This document shows, piece after piece, positions 50,448 through 64,000 of a stretch of DNA of 64,000 nt. Location: positions 140,802,001-140,866,000 of the forward strand of contig NC_043000.1 of assembly GCF_006345805.1 (NCBI RefSeq). The letters are read 5' to 3'. A program made the translations under genes and the position numbers. The notes under the pieces are model-generated. The model searched no databases, was not told the DNA's origin, and worked only from the letters and a program-made list of their open reading frames with translations. This DNA is from Octopus sinensis. Its lineage: Eukaryota. How positions within the stretch are numbered: position 1 is the first letter of the stretch; every line of letters starts with the position of its first letter.

Positions 50448-51236
50448 CCTTAAAAAAGTTTCATTTATTTCTTTGCCAAGTTAAATAATTGCATCTTGTC
50501 TTTCGTTCTTAATTCCTTCAGTGCTATTCAGTATTATTCCTTTTGTTGTTATTTTTGTTTTTCTTCAGTCTCATGATTAAGCCGATATCTTTGTTAAATT
50601 ACACATTCAATTACTTAGCTTAAGATATTTCCATAAAATACTGATTTTATTTCAAAACAAAAGATACTTGCTGTCATCAGCAGAGAATTTTACTTCTTTG
50701 ACTGTTTCCTCATACCTGACACAAAACACTGTGTCGGCAAAAGAGGTCAAGCAAGGTAACATCAGTAGATTTTTATCAATTCTAATTCCATTTTTAGAGA
50801 TTAACAATGAAGTTAGGAAGACAATTCTGATGTAATAACTTAACAGAGTTTCCTTGCAGAAATAATACTCTCGAACTTTTTAACCTTATCAAATGGTGTG
50901 GTTCAGAGATTAAAACCCAGTATTATGTATCCTCTCCCAGTATACAGTAAATTGATTTATTTAAAGTCTTTTAGTTTATAAAGTAGGTAAATATTGTCAT
51001 TGTTTTTAGTTTATGTTTGTTTTGCTATATTTTTGTTGTTTTTGTTGCTGTCTTTTAATTGTTGTTCTTTTCTTTCATTCTGTCACAGTTCACTCTCATT
51101 GTCAGTCTTATAATCGTTAGATTAGTATTTTTAGCAGTGGACAATAAGAAGTAAAGGAATGATTTTGATATAGCAACACACACACACACACACACACACA
51201 CATGCATCATACAGATAAATGATGATCAAGATCATG

Positions 51237-51276
<40 letters not shown>

Positions 51277-54200
51277 GTATATATTCAAAAAGTTTGCAAG
51301 CTCAGAGAGAAATGTAGCAGATGCATTTGACATTAAGACAAAGCTTACAGTGAATTATGACACCACCAATCCTTTGCAATAAAACCTGCATTTTTATTAT
51401 AGCACTTCAAATGTCTCCAAATCATTTGGCTAGCTTCTAAACTAATCTCTTTATTTATTGATACCTATTGCATCTATTTTTATAGCTCACTCAAAACTGT
51501 CTATCTATAAGTTGTGCCTAGTATCTGAGAAAGCTGAATCTTTAAACATTTTGCCATGACTTTTGTTTACTCCACCTTTTAAAAACTAATGGTAAGTTTA
51601 AACTTCTCTTTCAATATGTTTCTTGTTTTTTTTTAAATGGATATCAAATTGCATGCCAAAATAATTTTTTTTAACATTCTGTAAACTTTGCTTTGAATGA
51701 ACATCTTTGTACTGTTGAATAAAAATTGCTTCAGACTTTCTCAGGTAACACTATTATGAATAAAACATCCAAGTGAGAAAGTAACAAAGATGCCACAATA
51801 TAGATGCATTACCTGCTAAATGTAGTAGTCAGTCAAAACTCTCACATGTCAGGATAAAGCAAGCACCAACTGGATAAAGTATATCTATATCTACATACAA
51901 ATTACACTATCTCTAAAGAAAACAAGGAATGACCAAAGCCAGAAAACCCTTATCAGAGATTCTATGAATCCAAACATCATCCTCATCATCATCCTCAACA
52001 ACAACAACCAGTCAACTGAAAAATTCTCTTTTCAATCAATACTTTTTATTATACCATATTAGTGCCACAAATAACATTTAATAATACTAATAAAATACTA
52101 ATAACAGATAATAATACTAATGAAAAATAACGTTAACAAAAGATAATACTATTTCTAGATAATACCACTTCTAGAATGATTTGTTTGATGTTAGATTATA
52201 TAGATACAAAACTGTGTGAGCAAGCCATGAGTATGTTTACATTCATAAAGAATTAACCAAAAAGAAATTTCACCTATTCAGGTAAAAATTAAAAAATAAA
52301 TAAACTGCCACTGGAAAAAAATTATAGATTAACTATATCAAACTGAGTTTTATCATGTGAATTGTTTGTACTCTTTCCATTTTCTTTGGAAAGAGAACTT
52401 TTGTCATCTCAGCATTTCAGTTCATTGGAAACAAAATTAAAACACAATCAGAATGACCTGTTAGTTTTTATGTCATTTGTTTTTGTTTTTTTGTTAAATC
52501 ATTTCTTTTTCATTATTATTGATTGGAGAAATTTTTTTTCTTTCTTTATATCAGTTCAATATTTACATTGTGCAAATATTTACAATAGCATACTAAGGGA
52601 AATCATTCAAATATTATGTAAACTGTACCTATTTTCTTCAACACCATTTTCCTTAATTCTTTGCTGTCTCTTAGCCAATTCATTTATAACTCAGTAAAAC
52701 TATTCATTCACACTAAATTCTATGCTAAATGTTTTAAGCCAATATTTTCTTTGTTCCTAACTTTTGAATATCAAGGCTGGGATGTTATTGCTAAATATAA
52801 CGCTGACACTACTTTCTGAACTGACCCTATTCAAGATGTCTTAAGTATGGCAGAAGCACCAAGATATTTGATCTGAAGCAGCTCATGTCTGATGTTACAA
52901 AATCCGTTATGAGATTCCATAGTTTTGAACTGAACACAACATACATATGTGTCTCTTAAACATACAAACTAATAATTTTGCTTAACTCCTTCCTGCAATT
53001 TATTGCTATTGTAATTATCCTTCCTAGCAAATATACATTCTTCCAACAACATTCTATTAGTATGAATCTAATTTGGAAGGGTGTTCTACAACTTGTAATC
53101 AACACACTTCAGGCACAGTAGATAAATAAGCATTATTAATCTCACATTTACAAACATGGCCTATTCATAATGATCATCTTCCCATCCATACACCCGGGTA
53201 ACTTATGATTTATTTTGCTTTGTTTTTTTGACGACTCATTCATTCTTTGCAGTTAGCAATTAATGAAGCAATGCTGTCTAAATATTTGCAAAATTATCAA
53301 CTTCTTTCAATTACTAAGCAGATAAACAGTCAAATCCATTAAATAGCCAATATATAAACACACACACACTCACGCACAATCATACAGTGAAAACGTGAGA
53401 GAGGGGGAGAAGGAGAGAGGGAGGAGAGATGGAAAGACAGAGAAGGAGAAAGAGAGAGAAATTACATATTTGTTATTATACACACATGCACACAGAAACC
53501 CTATGTTTATTTACTTTCATGCAAAATGTACGAGTGCTAAATTAATACTTATGATGACATTTTTGTAAGTTGTGTATATGATGGCATTTAGTTTGTGTGG
53601 GTGTAAGTGCGTTTACAGATACATTCACATGTACAAATATATGATTCAATAACTATATAATTTAGGATGTTTTCCAATATTCTCATTCCTACCAGTATTT
53701 CTCCTTGGCAACACATTTAAATAAATGAAAATATCATAAAAGTACTTTTCCTCAATCAAGTTTTGTAGACGTTTTTGAATAACGCTGTGTTTATCTGAAT
53801 GATTTATAATAGTTCTATGGTTTTAATTATTGTTTATTATTTGTTAACAGGGTTATTTATTTGCATTTGTCAGCTTTTCAGTCATGCACTAGTGTCTCTG
53901 ACATTTTCCTGTATTTCGTTCATTTAATACGCTTTCTAATATTTTTTAAAATAATTAAACATTTTTATTTTGTTCTTCTATTTTATCTTGGTTCATAAGT
54001 ACACATTGTATTTTATATTTTTTGTATATTGTCAACATTTCTAATAGATGAGCTATAGAATATATTGGCTTTATTTTCAACTGATTGCAACAATGTTCGG
54101 CTTCAATTAATGGTGTAAAAGGACAAAGAATAATAAATGAAAATTTTATGGCTCTGAGAGGTATTCAAAAACATTTGTATTTAAAATATTTTATTACAAA

Positions 54201-54366
54201 GTTCACTTTTTATCATTAAAAGATGCAACGATATTATTACGAAATTAATACTGACAGTCAGAAATTTGTTTCTATAAAAATGCAGAAATCTTTTGTGAAA
54301 AATTTCCATGAGTTCCAAAAGGATGAAACATCTTAATTAATTATCATCAAACTGATATTTCTGTAC

Positions 54367-54407
54367 TTAATGTTTCAGTCTCTGAAAAAGTGAGCTGAGC
54401 AGCAGAG
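54367..54407 (-). CDS. Candidate small exon (SAAQLTFSETETL)
   Basis: Strong acceptor CACTTACATATCTCTTTGCAG|; weak donor TAA|GTACAG; one open frame. Confidence 0.25.
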
Positions 54408-54600
54408 CTGCAAAGAGATATGTAAGTGGATTGGAAAAGTGATTTGGTTGCTTGGTTGTTTGGTTCGTGGGCTGGTTGTTTCATTGGTTGGTTGGTGGAT
54501 GGATTGACAGCTGGATGGACATATATGGTTTGTTGGACAGACTTATATTGTTGGTTTGATAAACAGCTAATTTGATACATAATTTGAGAGAGAGAGAGAA

Positions 54601-54915
54601 ATCATCATCATCATCATCGTCCGCTTTCCATGCTAGCATGGGTTGGACGGTTCAACTGGGGTCTGGGAAGCCCGAAGGCTGCACCAGGCCAGTCAGATCT
54701 GGCAGTGTTTCTACAGCTGGATGCCCTTCCTAATGCCAACCACTCCGTGAGTGTAGTGGGTGCTTTTTATGTGCCACCGACACAGGTGCCAGATAAGGCT
54801 GGCGAACGGCCACGCTTGGATGGTGTTTTTTATGTGCCACCGGCATGGCGGCCAGGCGGGGCTGGCTCGGCCACGATCGAAAGGTGTTTGTTACGTGCCC
54901 ACAGACACCATCCAA
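54601..54915 (-). mobile_element. RTE 3'-UTR-type element
   Basis: Family-C consensus with (CAT)n tail. Confidence 0.88.
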
Positions 54916-55697
54916 AATAAAGATAACAAATTGATAATGGTATCAAATAGCTTTAGAAATAATAACTGCTCAAACTACAGGTTGTTCACCCAATATATTT
55001 AAAGAAAGGAAGGTATGAAATCAAGATTCTGTGCTAATAAACCACCCAATCGGGCATGATGGTTGACTAAGTTGAGCATCTTACCTGAAACCTTTCAAGC
55101 AGTTTCCCAAAAGACTTGAGGAATAAAACTTGCACTTGGGTAAATAATCAGAAAAAACTGAATTGAATTAAATAACAGTTTATAAACTTTTATCCAGTAA
55201 AACATTAATCCAAAATATTTTCCTAATATAATAGAAAAATTAACTCTTCTTGGTGTACTAAACTTTCCATTCTATAAAAAACTATTTACTGTTTTCTCAA
55301 CAATAAAATAAAGAGCACAGCTAAGATATCTTCAAATATTTTTGGCAAAAATTTTGAATTTTAAATGAGGGACATGTTTTAATGTCTAAATCACACACAC
55401 ACACTAAATAAATAAATAAATAAATAAATAAAACCTGAAAAGTTCAAGCTAAAAGTTTTTGTTGAATAATTTCATTGGTTAATTCTCTTTGAAATATGAT
55501 GTGGATTCTTTTGATTAGAGTGTTCCACAAAAGCAATAAAGTATATAATATCTGTGTCAATGATAGGACAAAGTTATTTCCTATTCATAAATAGCATATG
55601 CTGATGTACTTTTTAAGTACATCAACACATACAATCTAATGTACACAATGCATTTAGAATGCAATGCAATATTTATGAACAATCGATTTGAAACCTG

Positions 55698-56135
55698 AAT
55701 CATCGTCATCATCGTCGTTTAACGTCCACTTTCCATGCTAGCATGGGTCGGACGATTTGACTGAGGGCTGGCAAGCCAGAAGGCTGTACCAGGTACCAAT
55801 CTGATCTGGCAAGGTTTCTACAGCTGGATGCCCTTCCTAACGCCAACCACTCTAAGAGTGTAGTGGGTGCTTTTTACGTGCCATGAGGGCTAGTCAGGTG
55901 GTATGGCATTGACCACGCTTGAATGATGCTTTTTGCATGCCACCAGCACGGGACCAGTCAGCCAGCACTGGCATCAGTCACACTCATATTGGTGCTTTTT
56001 ATGTGCCACTGGCATGGGAGCCAGTCAGCCAGCACTGGCATCAATCACACTCAAGGGGTGCTTTTTATGTGCCACTGGCATTGGAGCCAGTCAGGCAGCA
56101 CTGGCAACAATCACGCACGAATGCTGCTTTTTACA
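55698..56135 (-). mobile_element. RTE 3'-UTR-type element with ~62-bp internal tandem units
   Basis: Family-C head plus three TTTTATGTGCCACTGGCA.GGGAGCCAGTCAG.CAGCACTGGCA units. Confidence 0.85.
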
Positions 56136-56709
56136 TATATTTAAATGCTAAAATCATATATTCATGAAGCTAAATTCAAATTTTACTTGAAAAATATCTA
56201 CCAGTATATGCAAACAGCACATTCTAGAGCAAACATCACATGCTAGATCAAACATCACATGCTAGATTAAACATCACATGCTATAGATTCAGTTAAAGCA
56301 ATATGCATTCCATATTAGTTTTTAAGCCAGTTACTGCCTGTTGTGTTCAGCATTTAATTCATTTATTTATTCTGCCCCATTTACAAACACAGTCAACTGA
56401 AGATATTAAAAATTTTTCTATAGATATTTAGGAATCCATGTCAAGAGCCCCAATATAATTGATGTCTAGATATTGAAAAGTGTTTCAAACAATACATATA
56501 GATTTGTTTAAGATGAGAAGAAAATTTATCAGTTCTGATGACAAATGCATAAATTTATTTACCAGATAATCTCTATGATGTTATTAGCTTTAAAATACAT
56601 GACTGCAGATGCTGAATATGACTGATGTATTCTAGCCTATGTAACAGAATCTGAAAGTGTGTATGTGGCTCACAACTTATTGAATGACAAGAATATTCTT
56701 TTCTACTAT

Positions 56710-57198
56710 AGGCACAAGGCCTGAAATTTTGGGGAGGGGTACTTGATTTATCGACACTGAAAGGATGAAAAGCAAAGCCAACCTCTGTAGAATTTGAACT
56801 CAGAATGTAAAGACAGATGAAATACTACTCAGCATTTTGTCCGGCATGGGGGCCAGGCGAGGCTGGCAACGGCCACGAAAGCACCATCCGTTCGTGGCCA
56901 TTGCCAGCCTTGCCTGGCCCCCGTGCCGGTGGCACATAAAAAGCACCATCCGATCGTGGCCGTTTGCCAGACTCGTCTGGCACGTAAAAAGCGCCCACTA
57001 CACTCATGGAGTGGTTGGCATTAGGAAGGGCATCCAGCCGTAGAAACATTGCCAGATCAGACTGGGCCTGGTGCAGCCAGAAGGCTTCCCAGACCCCAGC
57101 TGAACCGTCCAACCCATGCTAGCATGGAAAGCGGACACTAAACGATTATAATGATGATGATGATGATGATGTTAATGATTCTGCCAGCTCGCTGCCTT
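56710..57198. mobile_element. SINE family B (minus) interrupted by an RTE 3'-UTR-type element (plus, ~56845-57170)
   Basis: The family-B sequence stops at ...CAGCATTTTGTCCGGCATG and resumes at ATGATTCTGCCAGCTCGCTGCC (~57175). Confidence 0.8.
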
Positions 57199-57448
57199 GA
57201 ATAACAAGAATATTAATCTTTTAGAAAGTGTACTGAGCTTTATTTTCTTCCTGCTTAACCCCAAGTTGTTCTAGTTGTAATCATCGCATTTTTTTTTTGT
57301 ACACATAGGGCTACGTTATCCTATGTACTGTATTTTACTAAGAAAATAAGGTGCTGTTTAAGGAAGATTTAGCTACTATTTGTAGCAGTTAGAATGTCTA
57401 CATAAAAGAGTCCAAATGAACAAATTGATATTTAGTAATAACTCTCTT

Positions 57449-57800
57449 CACTCTTTTACTTGTTTCAGTCACTTGACTGTGACCATGCTGGAGCACTGTC
57501 TTTAGTTGAGCAAATCGACCCCAGGACTTATTCTTTGTAAGCCTAGTACTTATTCTATTGGTCTCTTTTGCCGAACCATTAAGTTACGGGGACGTAAACA
57601 CACCAGCATCGGTTGTCAAGTGATGTTGGTGGGACAAACACATGCACACATATATATATACATATACATATATACGATGGGCTTCTTTCAGTTTCCATCT
57701 ACCAAATCCACTCACAAGGCTTTGGTCAGCCCGAGGCTATACCATGCAGTAGGACTGAACCTGGAACCATGTGGTTGGTAAGTATGCTACTTACCACACA
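57449..57800 (-). mobile_element. SINE family A
   Basis: Matches the family consensus. Confidence 0.9.
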
Positions 57801-58391
57801 CCCACTCCCCCTAACTTCAAACTTACTTCTTCATATTCCTTATTTAGAGTCTTTATATTTCTGTTTCATTTCTCAATGCCACGCCACAAAGCTCAGAAAA
57901 TATACTAACATGAAAAAGGTTTCACTCTTTTTGAAGAAGTCTAAACAAGAGATTGCCAGTAATCAAATATGGAGACTTTGCTCTCTAAGCTGCCATTCCC
58001 TCAGCTTTGAGAACAGAACTGTCAAATAAACAAAAATAAAATATTCTAAAAGTGTTAATGCTAAACATTAAATTTCTGCCAATGCAAATATCACTGTCAG
58101 TTTATTGCTAAATCTCTGGTGTTAACACTATTATCAGTTGCAATCAAATCTGCTACACAATTCTTTTATGACCTCTGTTAATAAGAGCAAATAGCTGCAA
58201 AGAAATCACTCACATAGCCATTTAGTTTATGGCCAAACTTTCATATAAAATTAATGTAAGTTTCCACTAATTTGGTGCTATTTAAATAGTAATCACATAA
58301 ATTAATAACCCTTGATATTTATTGTAATTAACAATGAAACAAAACTGGTTTGAATCCTATAACTTTGTATGGCTCATAATCATAAGCCAAT

Positions 58392-58430
<39 letters not shown>

Positions 58431-58639
58431 ACACTGATTCTAGATAGTAAACTTAGAAATCAATTTCCTCCCAACATATCCAAAATATTCTCTGTTGCAA
58501 AGTATTTTGAAGTTAAAAAAGGATTTTAAATAATTAGACATTTTATTTCTTAGATTTCTGACCAAATCGATACTTTTAAGCCTACCATAGGACACTATTT
58601 TCTACTTGTTATAATTTGTTTTTTTATTTGGCAATGTTT

Positions 58640-58802
58640 ATCTGGCAATGTTTCTACAGTTAGGAAGGGCATCCAGCTGTAGAAACATTGCCAGATAAGA
58701 CCGGAGCCTGGTGCAGCCTTCTGGCTTCCCAGATCCCCGGTCGAACCATCCAACCCATGCTAGCATGGAGAACGGACGTTAAACGATGATGATGATGATG
58801 AT
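58640..58802 (+). mobile_element. Short RTE 3' end
   Basis: GGAAGGGCATCCAGCTGTAGAAACATTGCC...GGACGTTAAACGATGATGATG. Confidence 0.88.
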
Positions 58803-59167
58803 TTCAGGACTTAATTTCAGATGTGAAGGTTTGTAATTTGAAGCTATCGTATTAAAACTTCAGTAATAGTTTAACTGGAAAAGAAGCACATAATGAGTTA
58901 GATTGTAGAGGCTCAATTTCTAAATCTTTAGCTCAATTACTAATGATACAAAGGAGTAATTCTGGTTTGATTGTTCTAAGGAATGGAAAGCTTTCTTCTC
59001 TTCACTGGAAAGTAAAAAAAAAGAAAAAAAATATTGTTGGTCTGGCTGTTGGCATACCTATACCAGTCTCATTGTATTCCATACTCTTCGACTGTTTTGC
59101 ATATTTCTATGCAATGCACTTCTAGGGATGTAAGCATATATATGAAGAAAATCTAATAACTTACTAT

Positions 59168-59550
59168 CTCAGTGGCTGTGTGGTAAGTAGCTTGCTAACC
59201 AACCACATGGTTCTGGGTTCAGTCCCACTGCGTGGCACCTTGGGCAAGTGTCTTCTGCTATAGCCCCGGGCCGACCAATGCCTTGTGAGTGGATTTGGTA
59301 GACGGAAACTGAAAGAAGCCCATCGTGTGTGTGTATGTTTGTTTGTCTGTGTTTGTCCCCCCAATATTGCTTGACAACCGATGCTGGTGTGTTTACGTCC
59401 CTGTTACTTAGCGGTTCGGCAAAAGAGACCGATAGAATAAGTACTGGGCTTACAAAAGAATAAGTCCCGGGGTCGAGTTGCTCGATTAAAGGCGGTGCTC
59501 CAGCATGGCCGCAGTCAAATGACTGATACAAGTAAAAGAGAGTAAAGAGT
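59168..59550 (+). mobile_element. SINE family A (complete, young-looking)
   Basis: Full consensus with CpGs retained. Confidence 0.93.
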
Positions 59551-61029
59551 ATATATAGGTTACTGGGCCACTAACCATGAAGTTCTTATCAGCAGCTTGG
59601 CTCACCAAGATGTCAGGCGATGCCCATGACAGTGCATGGCTTCTCCAATGCCATAGCCTTGCTTTCACCTATAGTAATGCTGCAAGCATGCTGGCTTGCT
59701 TCAGCAGGTTACATTTAACCTTGTGGTGTGTGATTAACTGAACCACTTGGTGTTGCATTAATGTTTTTATTTTCTCTTTCTTTTCTTTTTCTCTTTTTAC
59801 CCCTTTCCCTTTTTTCAGCTTTTTCTTTTCTTTGTCCTTTTGTAAAAACCTTATATTATGGAAGAATCATGACTATTATTTAGGATCTGTATTTTAATGT
59901 GGTTTTGTATTATTCATATGTCATATACATGCATGTCATATATGTGATAAAGCTTCTACTTCTAGTTCCACATGAATGTAACAAATTCATTATTTACAAC
60001 GAATAAATTAAGAAAAAAGATCATAGATATGTTGAGCAATTTTTCATATATAAATTTTGGTAGTATTATTTTATTGTCATGCCCAACCTATTAGATATAT
60101 GTTTTAATCAACAAAGAATAATTCTCAGAAATTTATTATCATAATTTCAGAATTCCCCTTTACTTGTGAACTCATCAGCTTGTTAGGCTATCATGTAGTC
60201 CACTATTTACTATTTTATGAGATATCACTTATGATCATACATTGTTTAACATTTATTTCGCTATGTTGTGTAATGAAATTTAAAATACATTATTCCACTG
60301 TAGGACTGAATTTAAATCCGTATGACAGACTCATATGCTTTGAAATTTGGAAAAGCCATTGTCATTGCTAATTAGATTACCTGAACACCTAAAGTCTTAT
60401 CACCCAAGTCTGAACAAAAAGAACAAAGGCAGCAGTTTCAACCAGTCAATATAAGTTCTATCTTTTGACAATATGAATCTCGTTAATCTATTTCTTTTAA
60501 AAAAGTATCTCCTAATATGGAAATCCAAACACTTGCTTCAATAATTCAGTTGCATTGCAATACATATTAAAACATAACAGAACAAATTTTGAGGTAAATA
60601 AAATTAACGGAAGCAGAAATATATTAAAATGAAATATTTAAATCTGTTATGACAAGTATGAAAAGGCTGTGCTGTACTAAAAACGAAAAGCTGTATGGTT
60701 TTGTCATACAAACCACATTAATGTGGACTGTCTTGTAAAATATAGTAAAGTGAAAGTTTTAAAAAAGTGTTTTAACATGATTTGTGTTTAGTTGGCTTTT
60801 TTTGGATAATATCAAAAATTTGCACATTCTCTTTTAGGTATATCACTATAGTACTTTTAAATTCAAACAAACACATCTAAGCTCAGAACTGTAAAAGCTA
60901 ATCTCAACTTCAGCATTATGTTGTGGGATCTGCTTTGCTTTATCTACATACCATTAAATTTTGTTGAGGAGAAAAGCAAAAAGTGAATATCATAGATACA
61001 TATTTCATGGAAAAATAGATGGTTGAAAT

Positions 61030-61220
61030 ATCGGTTTCAAATTTTGGCACAAGGCTAACGAGTTTGAGGATGGGGTTAGTTGATTACAGTAACCCCAGTG
61101 CACAACTGGTACTTATTTTATTGAACCCTAGAATTCACCCAGAATTTGAACTCAGAATGTAAAGACAGATAAAATGCTGTTAAGCATTTTACCTGATGTG
61201 CTAATGCTTCTGCCTACTTA
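61030..61220 (-). mobile_element. Degenerate SINE family B-like fragment
   Basis: CCCCAGTGCACAACTGGTACTTATTTT...GAATTTGAACTCAGAATGTAAAGACAGAT. Confidence 0.7.
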
Positions 61221-61988
61221 CTACCATATAAGGGTTTGAAAAAATACTTCTTAATAAAGTTGATAAAAAATAAAGAAATGCATAAAATCCCACTCATATT
61301 TTTACATAATTTCAAATACATTTACCATTTTAAGGGAATTTCTTAAACTAAATTCAAAGCAAGAATGAAACTTATATAAGGTATTTTTAAAAATATGAAA
61401 CATTACACTTTGCATTTATGTATAAAAGCATTTCTTGAGGAATTTGAACCTTCACTAACATAATTAAGTAAAATTTTTCTTTTTACTTTGTGCATACTTT
61501 TTAAAGAAACTGATTTCATAATTCATTTAATGTTATTTACAAATATGAGACAACTCAAAGAAACTGATGGCAATTTTAAGCTATTAATTCAGTAAAAAAT
61601 ATGTGAGGTGAATTCCCTTTCAAAACAGATCAATGTGACCATAAATACCAGAAATGTAATTATTGCTGATTAATAGACAAAACAGTAGTGTTTCTATAAA
61701 TAGTCAAAGAAGGGGACATTAATTCACTTTCATTGAACTTCTACCTATTTGTCAAATGTCAAAATAGTATATTTAAAGTTTCCATGAGAGGAAATTAATT
61801 ATCTGCATATATGTCTATATACAAGCTGTTCAAGATACATCTTTTAATTATTGATGTGGGCATTGTATGTATGTATGTATGTAGACAGATAAATAGAAAG
61901 ATATAGGGAGAAGGAGGGACGGAGAGAGATGAGAGTGTACAAAAACATATGTACACATCTCTTTCTCTACCTTACCATCTCTCTCTCT

Positions 61989-62006
61989 CTATATATATAT
62001 ATATTA

Positions 62007-62043
<37 letters not shown>

Positions 62044-62104
62044 CACATATGTATATATATATACATATATATATACATATATATATATATATACATATAT
62101 ATAC

Positions 62105-62137
<33 letters not shown>

Positions 62138-62144
62138 CTTACAC

Positions 62145-62213
<69 letters not shown>

Positions 62214-62376
62214 CACATATATACACATACATATATATATATATATACACATATATACACATATATATATACATATATATATACACATATATAATACATA
62301 TATATATATACACATATATACACATATATATATATATATACATATATATATAATACATATATACACATATATATAC

Positions 62377-62408
<32 letters not shown>
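61989..62408. repeat. (TA)n/(CATATA)n microsatellite
   Basis: Direct inspection. Confidence 0.97.
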
Positions 62409-62409
<1 letters not shown>

Positions 62410-63095
62410 CTAGCAGTAATACCCGTCGTTCATCGGATAATTACTTTTACTCTTTCTCAGGAGTCACATTCAAAGTATTATTATATATAAATAGATTTCT
62501 CAACGGGATTTCAGGGGAGAGTTTCAGGTAGTCGCTGGCGATGTATCGTGATGATCAAAATCCAGCCTGCTAAAATTTGGTTAAAGTGATTCAACTGCAG
62601 ACTCATGCAAAATGGTCACATTTAATTCAAAGCATTAAAAATGTTATGAAAACAATTGGTATGTGTTCACAAAGTCCAAACAATTAATACAAAAAAACCC
62701 CTCCATGCTACGTCCTGAAAATTCATTTCTTTGCCGAATTTCTACAATGTTTACGGCGATTCGTTTTTATATCTTGATTTTTTATTTTCATGCAATTTAC
62801 GTATGCTTGCATGCGTGGTGAACACAGTTCACGTCAAACAGCTGACTGAGTAAAGTTCACTATTCAATGCATGGGATAAGACCTAAACAAACACATTATC
62901 GATTTTTTCACGTGCGAGATGAATTTCGGAAAAGAAATAGCGCAGTTCAATTTTCATTTGCCAAAACTTCAAGTGACCCATTTTTGGTGGTTTTTACGAT
63001 TTGTTGGCTAGAAGGAGATGTGCCGGGAAGTTAAACACACAGGCACACACACAGATACACACACAGACACACAAGTTGAGTTTTATATATATAGA
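62409..63095 (+). mobile_element. HINE/Helentron-like non-autonomous element
   Basis: Starts TACTAGCAGTAATACCCGTCGTTCATCGG and ends (AC/AG)n-AAGTTGAGTTTTATATATATAGAT. Confidence 0.65.
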
Positions 63096-63452
63096 TATAT
63101 ATATATGTAGATAGATAGATATAGAGATATATAGATAGATAGATACAGATGAATATAGTACTTAAGTTGAGGCACCAAAATTTAGTACGCTATTATCTAT
63201 ACAATTTCAAAGTAAGGTGATTAAGATCAAAATAAGCAACAAGGATATCCAGAGGTAATGCAGTGCGATCGCTTCATGTAACTCCATTTAATTGAACAAT
63301 GAAATCATTACATCAATTTAAAATGCAGAGCAATCTTTAGCTGCACAAAGACATAGAATTTAATTAAATTATAACAGATGGACACATTAGTATAATTATA
63401 CCTAAAATCTCCAAGAAGTTAAGGAGATAGATAAAGAACATGTAGTCTTTAC

Positions 63453-63648
63453 TTCAGCATAGAATTTAACTCAAACAGCCACACAGAAGCATTAACTTCA
63501 TGAAACATTTGGAACTGAGAGCAGCAAGCCACAACATGTTTCATTGGTGAGATGCTCTCCAGAATGAAGTAGTTTGATAAAACATTATCACGTGATTTCG
63601 AAATTCGATCAACAGGAATTTGTTCCTCATCAGACGTTTCTACAATTA
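63453..63648 (-). CDS. Candidate coding exon (64 open codons), product unknown
   Basis: Frame IVETSDEEQIPVDRISKSRDNVLSNYFILESISPMKHVVACCSQFQMFHEVNASVWLFELNSML, bounded by CTCTTTTAACCTGGAG| and AA|GTAAAA; locally higher GC. Confidence 0.4.
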
Positions 63649-64000
63649 CTCCAGGTTAAAAGAGATAGCCTGTCTCCTATTTGTTCACGAGAAAAAAGAA
63701 CATTGAAAAGCAAGCACTAAAATTCAAAATGGTTAAAGTGTATAGTAACATACAATAAGATTTAGCAATATTTTAAAATATTAAGACATATTAGATACAT
63801 TATAATATACCAATTAAAAACAAAAAAGGAAAATTAATAAATGAGGGTGCAAAATAACACCGACAATTGCTAGAAATGATAGCTAAATTTTAACTTGAAT
63901 AGCCACACAAAAGCACTAACCTCGTGAAATATTTTGGGTTGTAAGCTGCAAGCCACAGGTTTACATTTTTTATTAATCGATATTTTTATGTTTCAGGTTC

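Noticed and set aside
63612-63640. Minus-strand GAAACGTCTGATGAGGAACAAATTCC, hammerhead-like words
   Set aside because: GAAA precedes rather than follows the stem, there is no stem I, and it lies within the candidate coding exon.

Overview
AT-rich eukaryotic, repeat-dominated genomic DNA. The SINE and LINE 3'-end families resemble those of octopus (coleoid cephalopod); this taxon call is an inference from repeat recognition. No complete protein-coding gene is present. The window opens with a ~6 kb 85-bp satellite made of two subtypes. The rest is a mosaic of tRNA-derived SINEs, RTE-clade LINE fragments and 3' UTRs, an RLE-type LINE remnant, three decayed mariner copies, piggyBac-like MITEs, Helentron/HINE-like elements and long microsatellites. 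A few splice-flanked candidate exons suggest a large minus-strand host gene of unknown identity. Three observations stand out. (1) Two divergent ORF1-only (RRM-like + CCHC knuckle, no RT) retroelements, plus a third stacked 3' end, sit at the same 14-bp site just after the A box of one SINE family; this is a candidate SINE-targeting 'half-LINE' system. (2) There are three Penelope-type minimal hammerhead motifs: one with a compensatory G3-C8 core inside a 119-bp-arm palindrome, one inside a tRNA-headed SINE, and one degenerate. (3) A perfect 46-bp hairpin lies in one ORF1-only element.
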